Of a DNA stretch of 64,000 nucleotides, positions 30,111 to 41,800 are shown piece after piece (the first letter of the stretch is position 1; each line of letters begins with the position of its first letter). The stretch is from Bdellovibrionota bacterium (GTDB taxonomy: Bacteria > Bdellovibrionota > UBA1018 > CAIPTA01 > JAALKR01). The translations under genes were made by a program, and so were the position numbers. The stretch covers positions 320,001 through 384,000 of the forward strand of contig CBDBMJ010000003.1 of assembly GCA_965207455.1 (NCBI GenBank). Direction: 5' to 3'. Under the pieces are notes generated by a model. That model was not told the origin of the DNA, ran no database searches, and saw only the letters and a program-made list of their open reading frames with translations.

Positions 30111-32501
30111 TCTTGGTGACTCCACTATCTGTGTTGTCTTGAGCACCTCAATTCCATCTGCAAATTTGGAGAATGCATCAATATTTTCAAAAACCATTCT
30201 GGCACCATTATTATTAATAATTTCACCTAGTTTGTCATCTTTATACACTCCTAGCCACACGTGCCCCGCTCCTTCACTTCCAGGTTTTCTTCGGTTTTCA
30301 AAGACATTGCCTCCAATAATTTTTGTTTGTATACCATATTCTGAACAAACGCCCACACATTTTTCTAAGGAACGCCCCAAATCTGATTTTCCTTGATTCT
30401 TCGTCTGTTCCATATCTCTTGAGAACCCGTAGGCACCATGGCTGCGATCTGAAGGATTTTCAATTTTGGGAACTATATCTTTCAACCAAACTTGATAAAT
30501 CATTCTTCTATCCGAATCAAAAAGAGGCTCATGCTTCCCTGGAGTTATACCAGTTTTTCTCCTAATTATATCTATCGACCTATTCATCCATTTTTGTAAT
30601 GATGGAGAATTAAAATCAACTAGTATCACGCCCAAGTCGGATTCACCAAGATTGAAGTCACTTAACTTTTTACTTAAAAAGTTATAGGGGCGATTTTCAA
30701 AGTAATCTTTGGATCCTTCATGCACTTCTAATTCCATCTGGTCGTATTACATTCACAGATAAGTTTTTACCAATTTGTTCGATAAGCTCTCCCTCTAATT
30801 TTTTCCCTCCATATTCTATTAGAATATATGAATAATACTTTTTAAGAGTCCCTTTGTTATATTCTTCCATGAGTCTCTCGCTGTCTTACTCTGAGTAAAT
30901 CCCTGTCTTTTATAATAACTCTTGAATCAAGCACACGATCTATTCGTGCCATAAGCCTAAAATCATTCAATACAATAATCCTCCCTTGTACTTCTTTACC
31001 GGCTTTATCTCTTAGCATTATCGGTTGGTTTATCTTAATAATCTCCAAATCTATTCTGACCCAAGAATCTATCATGATGGTCTCGATTATTATCAAGATA
31101 TCTCTCGTCTTCCTTTGCTACATAAGAAGCCTCATCAAGGATTTCTTTCGCCTTTATATCTATTCGCATATAATTTAAATTTTTTATCTCTTTAACAGTG
31201 TGTTCTTGACCAAAAACATTTCTAACGACTACTTTGTTTTTATCTGAAGATACAATTTTAACTGCTATCTCTTCGCCATAAAGATTTTTATAAAATCCAT
31301 ACTGATTATCTTCTTGAAACCTCCCTCTCTCGTTAAAAATAGTTCTAAATTTGTTAACAGAAGCATCGGGCGACTTTTTAAGAACGGTTGGTCGCGTAAA
31401 CCAAGGGAAGCTGACGCCAACAATTCCATTGTTCATTAAAATTCTTCTTTCTTTTTCAGGGAAGCCGGCTTTCTTTAATATTTCTGCTTTTTTCCCCAGT
31501 TGCGCCAAGGTGTAATCGCCAATACTAGCAGTTTCTGTGCGCCTTCCCTTTTCACCTTCTCCCACACGATGGGCCTCCTCTAAAGCACCCTGTTCACTAT
31601 TATTCAATTTCCTCTGCAAAACACTTTCCGCAGAGCTTATTCGCTGGTGATCTGAGGCTTTTGTCTCCGAACTATTTTCTATCTTCTCTCCTTGCCCCAA
31701 GAAGAAATTCTTTACTCTTTGACTTTCTATTGTGCTATAAAAACGTCTCTCCTCTGACTCTAAATATTCTATTGGTAGGTTTTTTTTCACAGTTCCCTTA
31801 CCATAAGTGTCGTAAGAAACCACATCAAGCAAACCGTTCTGGTTTATGAAAAGTCTTTGCATCACCTCCGACCCTGTTCCTAAAAGCCTTCCTGTGGAAA
31901 CATAAATGATGCTTCCCTTTCCATTGCCCGCCATTGCTTGATTATAAAATTTCCAGAAGGAAAAAATACTCCGCAAAGAGTTACTGCGCCTATTAGTAAT
32001 TAATAAATTCAAAGTATATTCTACTGAGCTGTCTTTATTTCTCTTGAACCCTTGATTAAAAATCCTTCTATGCGTATTAAGCTCATCCACTCTCATTTTG
32101 GAATAAAAGTCTCTTATAGGTTTCATTTGATTTTCAGAAACTTTTTCTTTTTCAAGAATCATCTTCAAAACCAAATAATTAGTCCTAATGTCTACTACTA
32201 ATAGTTCAGAATGTTTAGACACCAGTCTCAAAATTTCACGCTCAGTAATAAATTTTAAATAACTGGCTTTCTTGACTTTGTGCATAAATTCTATCATATG
32301 CTCAAGATGCTCTTTGGCAGAAACTATTGCCTTACTATTCCCTGTTTTCTGTACAGCCCTTTCTTTCGCCTCATTTTTGTCTCTTAGATCTGTCTTGCCT
32401 CGTATTTTCGCCTCTGCATTTTCAGGAAAACTGATGAAAATCAGCCCTACCCCGAGTAGACTTAGAAACTGTTGCCTTATTGTTACTTTTGTTGCATCCA
32501 T
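30105..32501 (-). pseudogene. Large secreted multidomain protein broken by about three frameshifts; C-terminal transglutaminase/papain-like motifs
   Basis: Overlapping ORFs 31035-32501, 30857-31096, ~30718-30870 and 30105-30737; signal peptide; GVCSEY and GHVW motifs. Confidence 0.55.
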
Positions 32502-33021
32502 TTTTATTATTCCCTTCCTTAAGTTGATTGTAGTACTATGGTAAAATCAATTGCTTTATAGCACTATGCGTCAAGCCGGTCAAATAAAAAGATTAGCTGG
32601 GGGTCATTTTTTTTTTTGCAAGAGCAAAATAATTGTTAAATACCTAAAAATACTAGTGAATCTATATTAATCTTTTTCCCGGGAGATCTGGATTATGGCG
32701 GCTAAAAACAAGACTAAAATGCTCATATAATGTGTTCGCACGCTAGATCCAAGCAAGTGTGGGTTGATCTTTCCCAAAAAAAACGGACGCTTTTATAATC
32801 TGCGATATGGGTATAACTTAAAAAGGTGATTCACCCATTTTTGGCTTAAACCAAGCTTTCTGGCAGCCTCTGATTCTGTTACTTGCCCCAGAACAATGAT
32901 CTGCATTTATTTTTCGTCATTATTAACATTCCTTTCCATTAATGCTCCATTACTAATACCTTTATAAAAGAGGTGCATGGTGTGTCTCTTAATAAAATTA
33001 TCAAGAAAAGAGGAAAAAATT

Positions 33022-33543
33022 ATGAACATACTAAAACTAACAATCATATCAATCGTATTTACTATACTTTGTGCTTTGCCAAGCTCTCCAGCTTTTGCCA
33101 TGGGAGAATCTCCCATGACTGAAATGGAGCTAGAAATTGTGCCAAAAGTACCTTCAGGTGCACTGGCAAAGTGTCAAAAAGAGACTATGCTTGATTCTGA
33201 TGGCAATATGCTCTACACAACACTCTGCCAAACTACACAGAAAGTTGAAATGAATGGAGAAGCAGAAACTTTTGTAGTTTTAATGAGCTTAGCAACTGGC
33301 GGACAAGGTGAGAGTTCTTATCTCGAATTTAAAGCAGTCGTATATTCTTACGAAGATATGTTCTCACCAAAAGCCTCTATGGCAATTAACTGTACCAAAA
33401 GTAATACCGGCGAGCACTGTGAGTCTTCAGAAAACCTAGAATCTTTACATGAAAGAGGTTTAAATCTTTATTTGGCGGTTATGCCTGAAAGTAAAGATGA
33501 GCTTGATGTCGGAGTAGTTGAGTTCAAGCTTAAAAAAAGATAA
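33022..33543 (+). CDS. Secreted hypothetical protein
   Basis: RBS gagga before ATG 33022; signal peptide ending PAFA. Confidence 0.7.
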   Translation: MNILKLTIISIVFTILCALPSSPAFAMGESPMTEMELEIVPKVPSGALAKCQKETMLDSDGNMLYTTLCQTTQKVEMNGEAETFVVLMSLATGGQGESSYLEFKAVVYSYEDMFSPKASMAINCTKSNTGEHCESSENLESLHERGLNLYLAVMPESKDELDVGVVEFKLKKR

Positions 33544-33575
33544 GACCACTCGCGAAAGTGCATCTTGTTTCTTGC

Positions 33576-33701
33576 TTTTCCCTCACTAGTTCCTCGCTCG
33601 CTCGGAACCAGCGCGAGTCATTGCTTCGCGTTCGAATCCCTCTGCTTATTTTCTTATGTATAGGTGCTAGGGTTTGAAAGGTTTTTATTCCACATTGTGT
33701 G
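33576..33701 (-). repeat. Partial copy of the tRNA-linked element, directly 3' of tRNA-Trp
   Basis: Near-identical to ~50847-50973 (ccctcactagttcctcgct...gttcgaatccctctgc...ccacattgtgtg). Confidence 0.92.
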
Positions 33702-33778
33702 TGGCAGGCCAGGAGGGATTCGAACCCACAGCCCGCGGATTTGGAATCCGCTGCTCTACCAATTGGAGCTACTGGCCT
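33702..33778 (-). tRNA. tRNA-Trp (CCA)
   Basis: AGGCCAGTAGCTC...GCGGA-TTCCAAA-TCCGC...GTTCGAATCC...GCCA cloverleaf. Confidence 0.96.
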
Positions 33779-33784
33779 AACATC

Positions 33785-34975
33785 TTATTCTAAAATTTCT
33801 GTCACTAAGCCGGCGCCCACTGTTCTGCCGCCTTCTCGTACAGCAAAGCGTAGTTCCTTGTTCATTGCCACAGGTACTAATAACTCCACTTCAAATTGGG
33901 TATTATCTCCAGGCATAACCATCTCCACATCTTTGGGTAATTGTACGGATCCAGTAACGTCTGTGGTTCGGAAATAAAATTGTGGACGGTAGCCGTTAAA
34001 GAACGGAGTGTGTCTTCCACCCTCTTCTTTCGAGAGTATATATACCTCAGCTTTGAATTTCTTGTGGGGTTTAATGGAACCGGGTGCAGCTAGAACTTGT
34101 CCACGCTCCACGTCCTCCCGTTTTGTTCCTCTAAGTAAGGCTCCTATGTTGTCTCCCGCACGACCCTCGTCCAAAAGCTTACGAAACATTTCCACACCCG
34201 TAACGATGGTTTTTGTGGTGTCTTTAATTCCCACGATTTCCACCTCTCCACCTACTTTTATAATTCCTTGCTCCACACGACCCGTTGCCACAGTTCCCCT
34301 ACCTGAAATGGAGAACACATCCTCCACAGGCATAAGGAATGGTTTGTCGATTTCACGCTTGGGCTCTGCAATAGTGCTGTCCACGGCTTCCATTAATTTT
34401 TCAATGGCAGGGGCACCAAGCTCAGAGGTGTCTCCCTCTAAGGCCTTGAGGGCAGAACCTATGATGATAGGAATTTTGTCGCCGGGAAATTCATAGCTGG
34501 AAAGTAGCTCCCGCACTTCCATTTCCACGAGTTCTAGAAGTTCTTTGTCGTCCACCATGTCTGCCTTATTTAAAAAGACCACAAGGGCAGGAACTCCCAC
34601 CTGACGAGCCAAAAGGATATGCTCCCTTGTCTGAGGCATGGGACCGTCGGCAGCGCTCACCACTAGAATGCCACCATCCATTTGGGCAGCTCCCGTAATC
34701 ATATTTTTCACATAGTCGGCGTGGCCTGGACAGTCTACGTGGGCGTAGTGGCGATTGCTTGTTTCATATTCCACGTGGGCTGTGTTGATGGTAATTCCAC
34801 GAGCCTTTTCCTCAGGTGCAGAGTCGATATCCGCATAGTCCCGAAACACACCCCCTTGCTTGGCCGACAATATTTTTGTAATTGCCGCTGTTAGGGTTGT
34901 TTTTCCATGGTCGACGTGACCAATTGTTCCGATGTTTAAGTGGGGTTTTGTCCGCTTAAATTTTTCTTTTGCCAT
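33785..34975 (-). CDS. tuf: Elongation factor Tu
   Basis: MAKEKF after RBS aggagg; [17 protein letters not shown]; 396 aa. Confidence 0.99.
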   Translation of the reverse strand: MAKEKFKRTKPHLNIGTIGHVDHGKTTLTAAITKILSAKQGGVFRDYADIDSAPEEKARGITINTAHVEYETSNRHYAHVDCPGHADYVKNMITGAAQMDGGILVVSAADGPMPQTREHILLARQVGVPALVVFLNKADMVDDKELLELVEMEVRELLSSYEFPGDKIPIIIGSALKALEGDTSELGAPAIEKLMEAVDSTIAEPKREIDKPFLMPVEDVFSISGRGTVATGRVEQGIIKVGGEVEIVGIKDTTKTIVTGVEMFRKLLDEGRAGDNIGALLRGTKREDVERGQVLAAPGSIKPHKKFKAEVYILSKEEGGRHTPFFNGYRPQFYFRTTDVTGSVQLPKDVEMVMPGDNTQFEVELLVPVAMNKELRFAVREGGRTVGAGLVTEILE

Positions 34976-35013
34976 AATGTATTGCCTCCTAATAAAATTT
35001 CCATTCCCAAACT

Positions 35014-35090
35014 TGGAGCTCACAACGGGATTCGAACCCGTGACCTCTTCCTTACCAAGGAAGTGCTCTAGCCATCTGAGCTACATGAGC
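35014..35090 (-). tRNA. tRNA-Thr (GGT)
   Basis: GCTCATGTAGCTCAG...CTTCC-TTGGTAA-GGAAG...GTTCGAATCC...CCA. Confidence 0.96.
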
Positions 35091-35173
35091 ATAAGCATTG
35101 GCCATTTTATAACTCAATTTATGTTGATGCTAATTAAAAAAAATAACAAGAGCAAATTTTTTATTCGTCCATT

Positions 35174-36130
35174 TTATTTATTGGAGCAGTGCACCTGCCT
35201 TTTTACGCAAAAACACTTCCACCCAGTATCAGGACCCCTGCGACTAGCCACACAACCGTCATCACGACCACTCAAGCTCTTACCTATGGTAAATAAACGA
35301 AAGTCCTTCTCTCTGCACTGCTTTGCTGCCTCTATACCATGTTGCTTGATGGCAGAACCTTTAACCCTCGCATCAATTGAATCTATGCTCTCACCTAATT
35401 TTGCTTTATATATGGAGCAACCTCCGACGTTTAAGGTCAGCGAATCACCGTTGCCCTCTTCCAACCTCTTTTTTTCCTCAGCAGCCTTTTTTTCTTGCCT
35501 AAGTTGTTCCGTTGCACGCCCTGCCCCCAGCTGTGCATACTTTCTAATGCTCATCTCTTCCTCATCCGTTGACCCCTCTGTAGCAGCAATAGCTTTATTA
35601 TACCATTCCAATGCCGTCGCTGGGTTTATGTCATCAAACGTGGTGCCTCCCCTAGCAGTGAGATAATACCCACCAAGAACAAGCTTTGCTCTCAAGGACC
35701 CCGATCTGGAAGCGTTCTTATACATTTGTACTGCTTTTCCATAGTCTCGTGCCTTCAGCGGACTGGACCCTTGGTCGTATACAGTGGCCAATTTATATTC
35801 GGCATCTACAAAGCCTTTCCCCGCAGCTTTTTTAAGCCAGTGAAACCCTTCTCTTGCCTCTCTTTGAACGCCAAGCCCAGAATAATACAACTGACTGAGT
35901 TCATACATTGCCTGCGCATTATCACCCTTTTCAGCTGCTTGCTTCGTCCGAATAAAATGTTCTTTTTCCTCTATTTCTCTAAACAAATGGTAAGGGGAAC
36001 TCTCCACTTGCGAACAGCTCTCTTGACTATCTACTGTCCCCACCAATGCTTGTGTGGGTAGGTGATGGCTCATTAGTAGTACGAGCACCAAATAAAGGCT
36101 TTCTGTTTTATTTTTAACTCTCATGCTCAT
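35174..36130 (-). CDS. Secreted Sel1-repeat protein with Cys-rich C-terminal domain
   Basis: AMYELSQLYYSGLGV..., AEYKLATVY..., ALEWYNKA; signal peptide. Confidence 0.82.
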   Translation of the reverse strand: MSMRVKNKTESLYLVLVLLMSHHLPTQALVGTVDSQESCSQVESSPYHLFREIEEKEHFIRTKQAAEKGDNAQAMYELSQLYYSGLGVQREAREGFHWLKKAAGKGFVDAEYKLATVYDQGSSPLKARDYGKAVQMYKNASRSGSLRAKLVLGGYYLTARGGTTFDDINPATALEWYNKAIAATEGSTDEEEMSIRKYAQLGAGRATEQLRQEKKAAEEKKRLEEGNGDSLTLNVGGCSIYKAKLGESIDSIDARVKGSAIKQHGIEAAKQCREKDFRLFTIGKSLSGRDDGCVASRRGPDTGWKCFCVKRQVHCSNK

Positions 36131-36309
36131 TACTCCCTTATAAAAATTACATGATTAATATTGTTTTATACCGTATCTCTTACGGTGCGTAACGTCAAAT
36201 CTTTTTGGCTTTAACCCGACCTGCAACGCCTTGATTCTTCCGACTTTTACGAAAACTCTGTATTAAAATAAAAATGCCTATAGTATAGAAATTACTAAGC
36301 GTTTTCTGA

Positions 36310-36386
36310 GGCTTCGTAGCTCAGCTGGATAGAGCAACAGCCTTCTAAGCTGTGGGTCGCAGGTTCGAGTCCTGCCGGAGTCGCCA
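36310..36386 (+). tRNA. tRNA-Arg (TCT)
   Basis: GGCTTCGTAGCTCAG...ACAGC-CTTCTAA-GCTGT...GTTCGAGTCC...GCCA. Confidence 0.96.
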
Positions 36387-36600
36387 TTTTTTTCGACAAG
36401 TGTCTATTTTTTAGTCAGTCGAGGGTGCTACAAAAGCCGCCCTTCTGTGGCTTTCTCATCTAGCAATACATACAAACTCGCAAGTATTTAAAAATGAAGG
36501 GTTTTTTACTATCCCTCTTTTGAGGTATTTTGGCACAGTATTTGCATTATATAAATACATGAGACAAATAGTATTAACAAAATTAAGAAGGAGAAAGAAA

Positions 36601-36982
36601 ATGAAAAAGAATAAAAATATAATAACCACGATAGCACTGGTCTTTGCTATAGCATTGCCAACAACTGGATACTCCACAGACACAGCAGATAAAAAAACAT
36701 GGGGGAGAAACATATGATATTTGTAGAGAATGGTTCAAAAAGACAACTTTTCACTCAGAATCGAAATTCCAAATGACTCTGCAATATGTTGAGCCGATTA
36801 TGTCTTTTTATAACATAATTTTCTGCTCTGGACATTCTACTCTAGTTAGTACCGGTAATCTTTTTAGTTCTGGAGATTCTAATGACCCTGCCGTTCAATC
36901 GGACCACCCATCGAGTAATAAAAACGATGCTCCGTCTAACAAAACCTCTACGAGCAGTAAAAAAAGCGGATCTGCCATATAG
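36601..36982 (+). pseudogene. Small secreted protein interrupted at an A7 run (36691-36697)
   Basis: RBS aaggag and signal peptide; removing one A fuses it to the 36773-36982 frame. Confidence 0.6.
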
Positions 36983-37095
36983 GATCTGCGTTGATCATGC
37001 AATTATCCTAAGGCAAAAACTTTCTTTGAAAAAACTATGATAGAATCAAGTGTAACTTTGTTGTAGTTAATGGGAAAAATAGAGCGAATAAAAAA

Positions 37096-38265
37096 ATGGG
37101 CAACAGATCAAATATCCACAAGAGCCAAAAAATAGAAACAACCGCTATTCATGCAGGAGAAAGGGAGCATTCATGGAATGGAGCTATTGTTCCTCCTATT
37201 TTTCAATCGTCCACGTTTGAAGGCACTGGTGAGGAGAAAGAGTATAAAGACATTCAATACCTGCGTTTAAATAACAGTCCTGCCCATACATTATTACAAA
37301 AAAAAATATCTCTTTTAGAACATGGGGAGTCTGCTCTCGTTATGGCCAGTGGAATGGCTGCCATTAGCACCACCTTATTGACTGCTCTTAGTGCTGGTGA
37401 TCAGCTTCTCGCCCAGGAATGTCTTTATGGGGGAACCATCCATCTTCTCCAAGGGCATGCTCAGGCATTGGGCTGGAAGTACGAGACTATAGATTTAAGC
37501 CAACCCAGTACTTGGAAGCAGAAGCTTTGTAAGGAAACAAAGGTGGTGTATGTGGAGTCCATCACGAATCCTTTATTGCAGGTTGGAGATTTAAGAAGAG
37601 TTGTGGAGTTTGCAAAAGAGCATGGCTTGGTGACAATTATTGATAATACAATTGCCTCGCCTGTAAACTTTAATCCTATTGATATTGGTTTCGATCTTGT
37701 GTGTCACAGTTCCACGAAATACATGAATGGACATAGCGACATTGTCGCTGGCTGTGTAATTGGTCGGCACGCGTGGATAGATAAAATAAAAGAAAAACTT
37801 ATTTGCATGGGCGCTACTCTAGATCCTCACGCTTGTTTTCTTCTCAATCGGGGATTGAAGACCATGCCCCTTCGGGTGCGTGAGCAAAACAAAAACGCTA
37901 AAAAATTAGCTCAATTTCTCCACTCTCACCCATCCGTGGAAAAAGTTTACTACCCAGGATTGGAAACCCATCCAGATCACTTACGTGCAAAGGAACTTTT
38001 TTCTGGCTTCAGTGGTGTTTTAAGTTTTGAGTTAAAGGGAGACATTTCAAAAGCAAAAACTTTTTTGAGTAAGCTCACGATTCCATACTTTGCTCCCAGT
38101 CTCGGTGGAGTAGAAACGTTAATCACTCGACCTGCAGCCAGTTCCCATAAGGCAGTTCCACCAAAAGATCGTGCTCGACTTGGAATCCGAGATACGTTGA
38201 TCCGCCTATCTGTTGGCCTTGAAGCAATTGAAGATTTGCAGGCAGACCTCGAACAAGCTTTATAA
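37096..38265 (+). CDS. Cys/Met metabolism PLP enzyme (cystathionine gamma-synthase/lyase family)
   Basis: PPIFQSST, SGMAA, ESITNP, DNT, HSSTKYMNGHSD, SLGG, RLSVGLE. Confidence 0.92.
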   Translation: MGNRSNIHKSQKIETTAIHAGEREHSWNGAIVPPIFQSSTFEGTGEEKEYKDIQYLRLNNSPAHTLLQKKISLLEHGESALVMASGMAAISTTLLTALSAGDQLLAQECLYGGTIHLLQGHAQALGWKYETIDLSQPSTWKQKLCKETKVVYVESITNPLLQVGDLRRVVEFAKEHGLVTIIDNTIASPVNFNPIDIGFDLVCHSSTKYMNGHSDIVAGCVIGRHAWIDKIKEKLICMGATLDPHACFLLNRGLKTMPLRVREQNKNAKKLAQFLHSHPSVEKVYYPGLETHPDHLRAKELFSGFSGVLSFELKGDISKAKTFLSKLTIPYFAPSLGGVETLITRPAASSHKAVPPKDRARLGIRDTLIRLSVGLEAIEDLQADLEQAL

Positions 38266-38471
38266 TAAAAACAGGTAAATTATATTTGTTGTACATTGTT
38301 CCGTTATTTATTGACGGCAAAAACGTGTATTTCTTTATTAAAAAAAAAATATTGCTCCACTTGTTATAGATACTTGAGTTCTATATGGAACTGAGCGAAA
38401 ATGATATAAAATGTAAGGATTATGGATTATCCTGTTTTCCTGACCATCTTAACTGTAAATGGAGTTACAAT

Positions 38472-38834
38472 ATGGACAATAAGCGTAAAAAAGTATACCA
38501 AGAATGTAAGCAAAAACTTCTCACACTAAGAGAGGAGCTTATAAATAAATTAAAAGAAAAGCGTTATGATCTTACGGATAAAGTGGAGGGCGACGAGGGC
38601 GATATGGCTCAAGTTTTCCAAAATCAAAACTCCTCCATCTCCCAGCGTGAAAATAATCTAAAACGTTTAGTCGAGATCGACCATGCTTTAGAAAATATTG
38701 AGAACGGCAGCTATGGCGTTTGTGAAGAAACGGAGGAACCCATTGAGTTGGAGCGTTTACTTGCCATTCCTTGGACGAGTTTAAGTATCGAGGGAGCTCA
38801 AATTATCGAAAGTCAAAGAAAACGCTTTGGATAG
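38472..38834 (+). CDS. dksA: DksA/TraR-family protein
   Basis: RBS ggag before ATG 38472; coiled coil with DEGD tip; YGVCEETEEPIELERL. Confidence 0.85.
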   Translation: MDNKRKKVYQECKQKLLTLREELINKLKEKRYDLTDKVEGDEGDMAQVFQNQNSSISQRENNLKRLVEIDHALENIENGSYGVCEETEEPIELERLLAIPWTSLSIEGAQIIESQRKRFG

Positions 38835-38842
38835 CAACGGAC

Positions 38843-41800
38843 TTACACCCTAACTTGAACGGACACCATTTTCGACATACCAGCATTTTCCATGGTAACA
38901 CCATAGAGTTTATCATTTAATTCCATCGTTCTCTTATTGTGGGTGATTACAATAAACTGAGACGTTTGTGCCATTTCTCTTAGAAGAGTATTAAAGCGAC
39001 CAATATTGGCATCATCTAATGGAGCATCCACCTCATCTAAGAGACAAAACGGACTTGGCTTCACAAGAAAAATAGAAAAAATAAGGCTAATGGCTGTTAG
39101 GGTTTTTTCTCCACCCGAAAGCAGATTAATGTTTTGTAATTTTTTACCCGGCGGTTGGGCCATAATATCCACTCCTGTTTCTATAAACGAATCTGGATCG
39201 GTGAGTGTGAGCTTAGCTTCTCCTCCACCAAACAAGGCTGGGAATATTTTCACAAACTGTTTATCCACTTCATTGAAGGCACGGAAGAATCGTTCCTTGG
39301 AGATTTTATTCAGTTTTTCTATGGTTGCTCGCAGATCTTTCATAGAATTTTCTAAATCTTCTTTTTGTTCCGTAAGGAATGTGTATCGCTCGTTAAGCTC
39401 GTCGAACTCTTCAATGGCCGCTGTATTTACATCACCAAGCTTGCGGATCTTTTCACGAAAGCGCACAACATCCAGTTGCAGGTTTTTCCTAAATGCCTCA
39501 TCTTGACTCTTCAGGCTCTCCACCTGTTCAATAACTTCTGGTGTTTGAGTGTACTCCCCTAGCTCCACACCGTATTTTTCTAAAATATTGTCGTGGAGGT
39601 TTTGGGATTCCATCTCTGCTTCCTTTAGGCTTAACGTGTAGTCATGGAGCTTGTCTTTAATCTGACGTTCTTCAGTAAAGGCCTCCTCTGATGTCTCCCG
39701 GTATTTATCCAGCTCACTATTAAGCCTATCCACTTCATCCTTAGCCGTTCGGTAAGCATTCTCACCCTCTGCAACAGCTGTAGTGGTTTCTTTTATCTCT
39801 TTTTCCAACTGGGAGATTCCTGCCACAGTTTCTTCTCCCAACACTTTCTTTTCTTGTGACTTTTCAAGGAGATTGGCAATACGACTCTGTGCTGCCTCCA
39901 AACCCTCCCTTGCATACTCCAGTCTGCCCTGGGCGGATTTTTTTTGTTCCAAAACTGAGGCTTCTTCCACCCTAACTTTAGACAAATCCTCTTGGCTCTC
40001 CTGTGCTTCTGTTCTCAATCCGGCTAATTTTTCCCTTGCTGCTTCCCATGTGAATTCCAAGTCTGCTTTCTTTTTTTCCAACTCCTGGGTTTTTCCCTCT
40101 AAAGTCTCTTGTTTTGTTTTAAGTTCTTCCTCTTCTCTAGAAAAATTCTCCCATTCTTCGCCTGTGTTTTTTACTGCCGCACTAACTTCAACGTACTTCG
40201 CTTCAACAGATGCAAGCAAAGAAGATTTTTCAGAAACCAGGGGCCAGTGCTTTTCTTTTTGAGCAAGTTCAAGGGTTATGCGATCGCTTTCACAGCCTTC
40301 CAATATACCCTCTTGTTGTGCGAGGCTGTCCTGCATTTTTTGAAACTTCTCCTCTAACCCCACAAGTGTTTCTTCCAATTGAAGAATCTCTTGGTTGCGC
40401 ATCACTAAAGTACCCGCAGTTTTTCCTCGGTAGCCACCAGCCAAATACCAAGCTCCTTTACAAATCTCGCCATCATCTGTAACAAAAGTATAATCTGGAT
40501 AGGTGCACGCAAGGGATTGGGCTGTGGCAAGATTGTGGGCATGGAATGTGTTTTTTAAGATGAATTGTAAAAATCGACCCTGGCTAGGATTCTCTTCCTG
40601 TAACCTTACAAAACGCAACAGCGGACAAAGGGATTTATCTTCATCAACACCAACGGGAACTTCACCCACCTGTGTGAGATCTGCAAAAGCAGCATGACCA
40701 CTTTCCCCCTCTCTTAACTTCTGTGCCAATTCACAAGCCACAGAACTATTGTTCGTAAGTATAAGTTCTAAGTGCGTGCCAAGGGCTGCATCCACAGCCA
40801 CTTCTTTTCCCGACTCCACAATAACTAAATCGGCCAATGTGCCCAGTACATGTTCTTGCCAAGACTCGTTATGAACAAGTAAATCTTGAAACACGGCTTG
40901 CACCCCTGAGGCGCTACCTTCATAACGAGATTTTTGCTCCCGTAACGTTCCCAACTTAGCCTGTGTCCCTGCCCTCTGCGCTCCAAGCGCGGAGGCCTCC
41001 CTTTGCTGGTTTTGCGTTTCTTCCCGTAGTCCATGTATCTTTTCAGAAACAACCTTGAGATTGCCTTCTGCAATTTTTGCTTCCTCTTGAACTTGCTTTA
41101 AACCGTCGCGAACTCTTTGCTCCTCGTGAAGTAATTTTTCTTGAGCCTCTTTTTTCTCTCCCAACTGAGTTTCTAAAAGTTTATTTTTTTTCTGTACATC
41201 CGTAAGCCTGTTCTCCACCGTACGAAGCTCCTGCTCTAAATCCACACACTCCACACTCGATTGGGTCAATAGATTGCGACTCTCCTCTGCATACTCCTCT
41301 CCCGATTGCAACGCTTCCCTCTTATCAGTCGCAATGCTTTCCTTTTCCGTTCGTCGGCTAGAAATTTCCTCATATAAATCTTGTATGGAATCGCTGTTTT
41401 CTTGATGTTCCGTACGCTGGCTCTCTAAACCAAGAAGCTGGGATCGCTCCACTTCTTCCTCTTCTTCTAACACTTGGGCCGTTTTTTCTACGTCTTCCAA
41501 AAACTTTCGTTTATACAGGAGATTGCTTTCTACGGTACTGAACTGCTCCCGCTGGCTTATCCATTTCTGCTGAAGCTCCTCACTTAGTTTACCCGATGAA
41601 ACTACCTCTAGGCGCTTTTGTACCACATAGGTATCCGCCGTTTCTCTCCGCAATTGTAATTCCAACGACTGCGCTTCTTGTTTTTCTTTGCTCTCCCCTA
41701 AGGTGTCGATCTTCTCCCTCACCTGCTCCCACTGGTAAGCACTGGAGGATAACTCCATGCCATGGAGCTTTGCTTTCCACTCCTTATATCGACGAGCTTT

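Noticed and set aside
34976..35023. N-terminal extension of EF-Tu in the ORF track
   Set aside because: It overlaps tRNA-Thr; a strong RBS precedes the canonical MAKEKF start at 34975
34932..35666. 244-aa plus-strand ORF
   Set aside because: Antisense shadow of the Sel1 gene, tRNA-Thr and the tuf start
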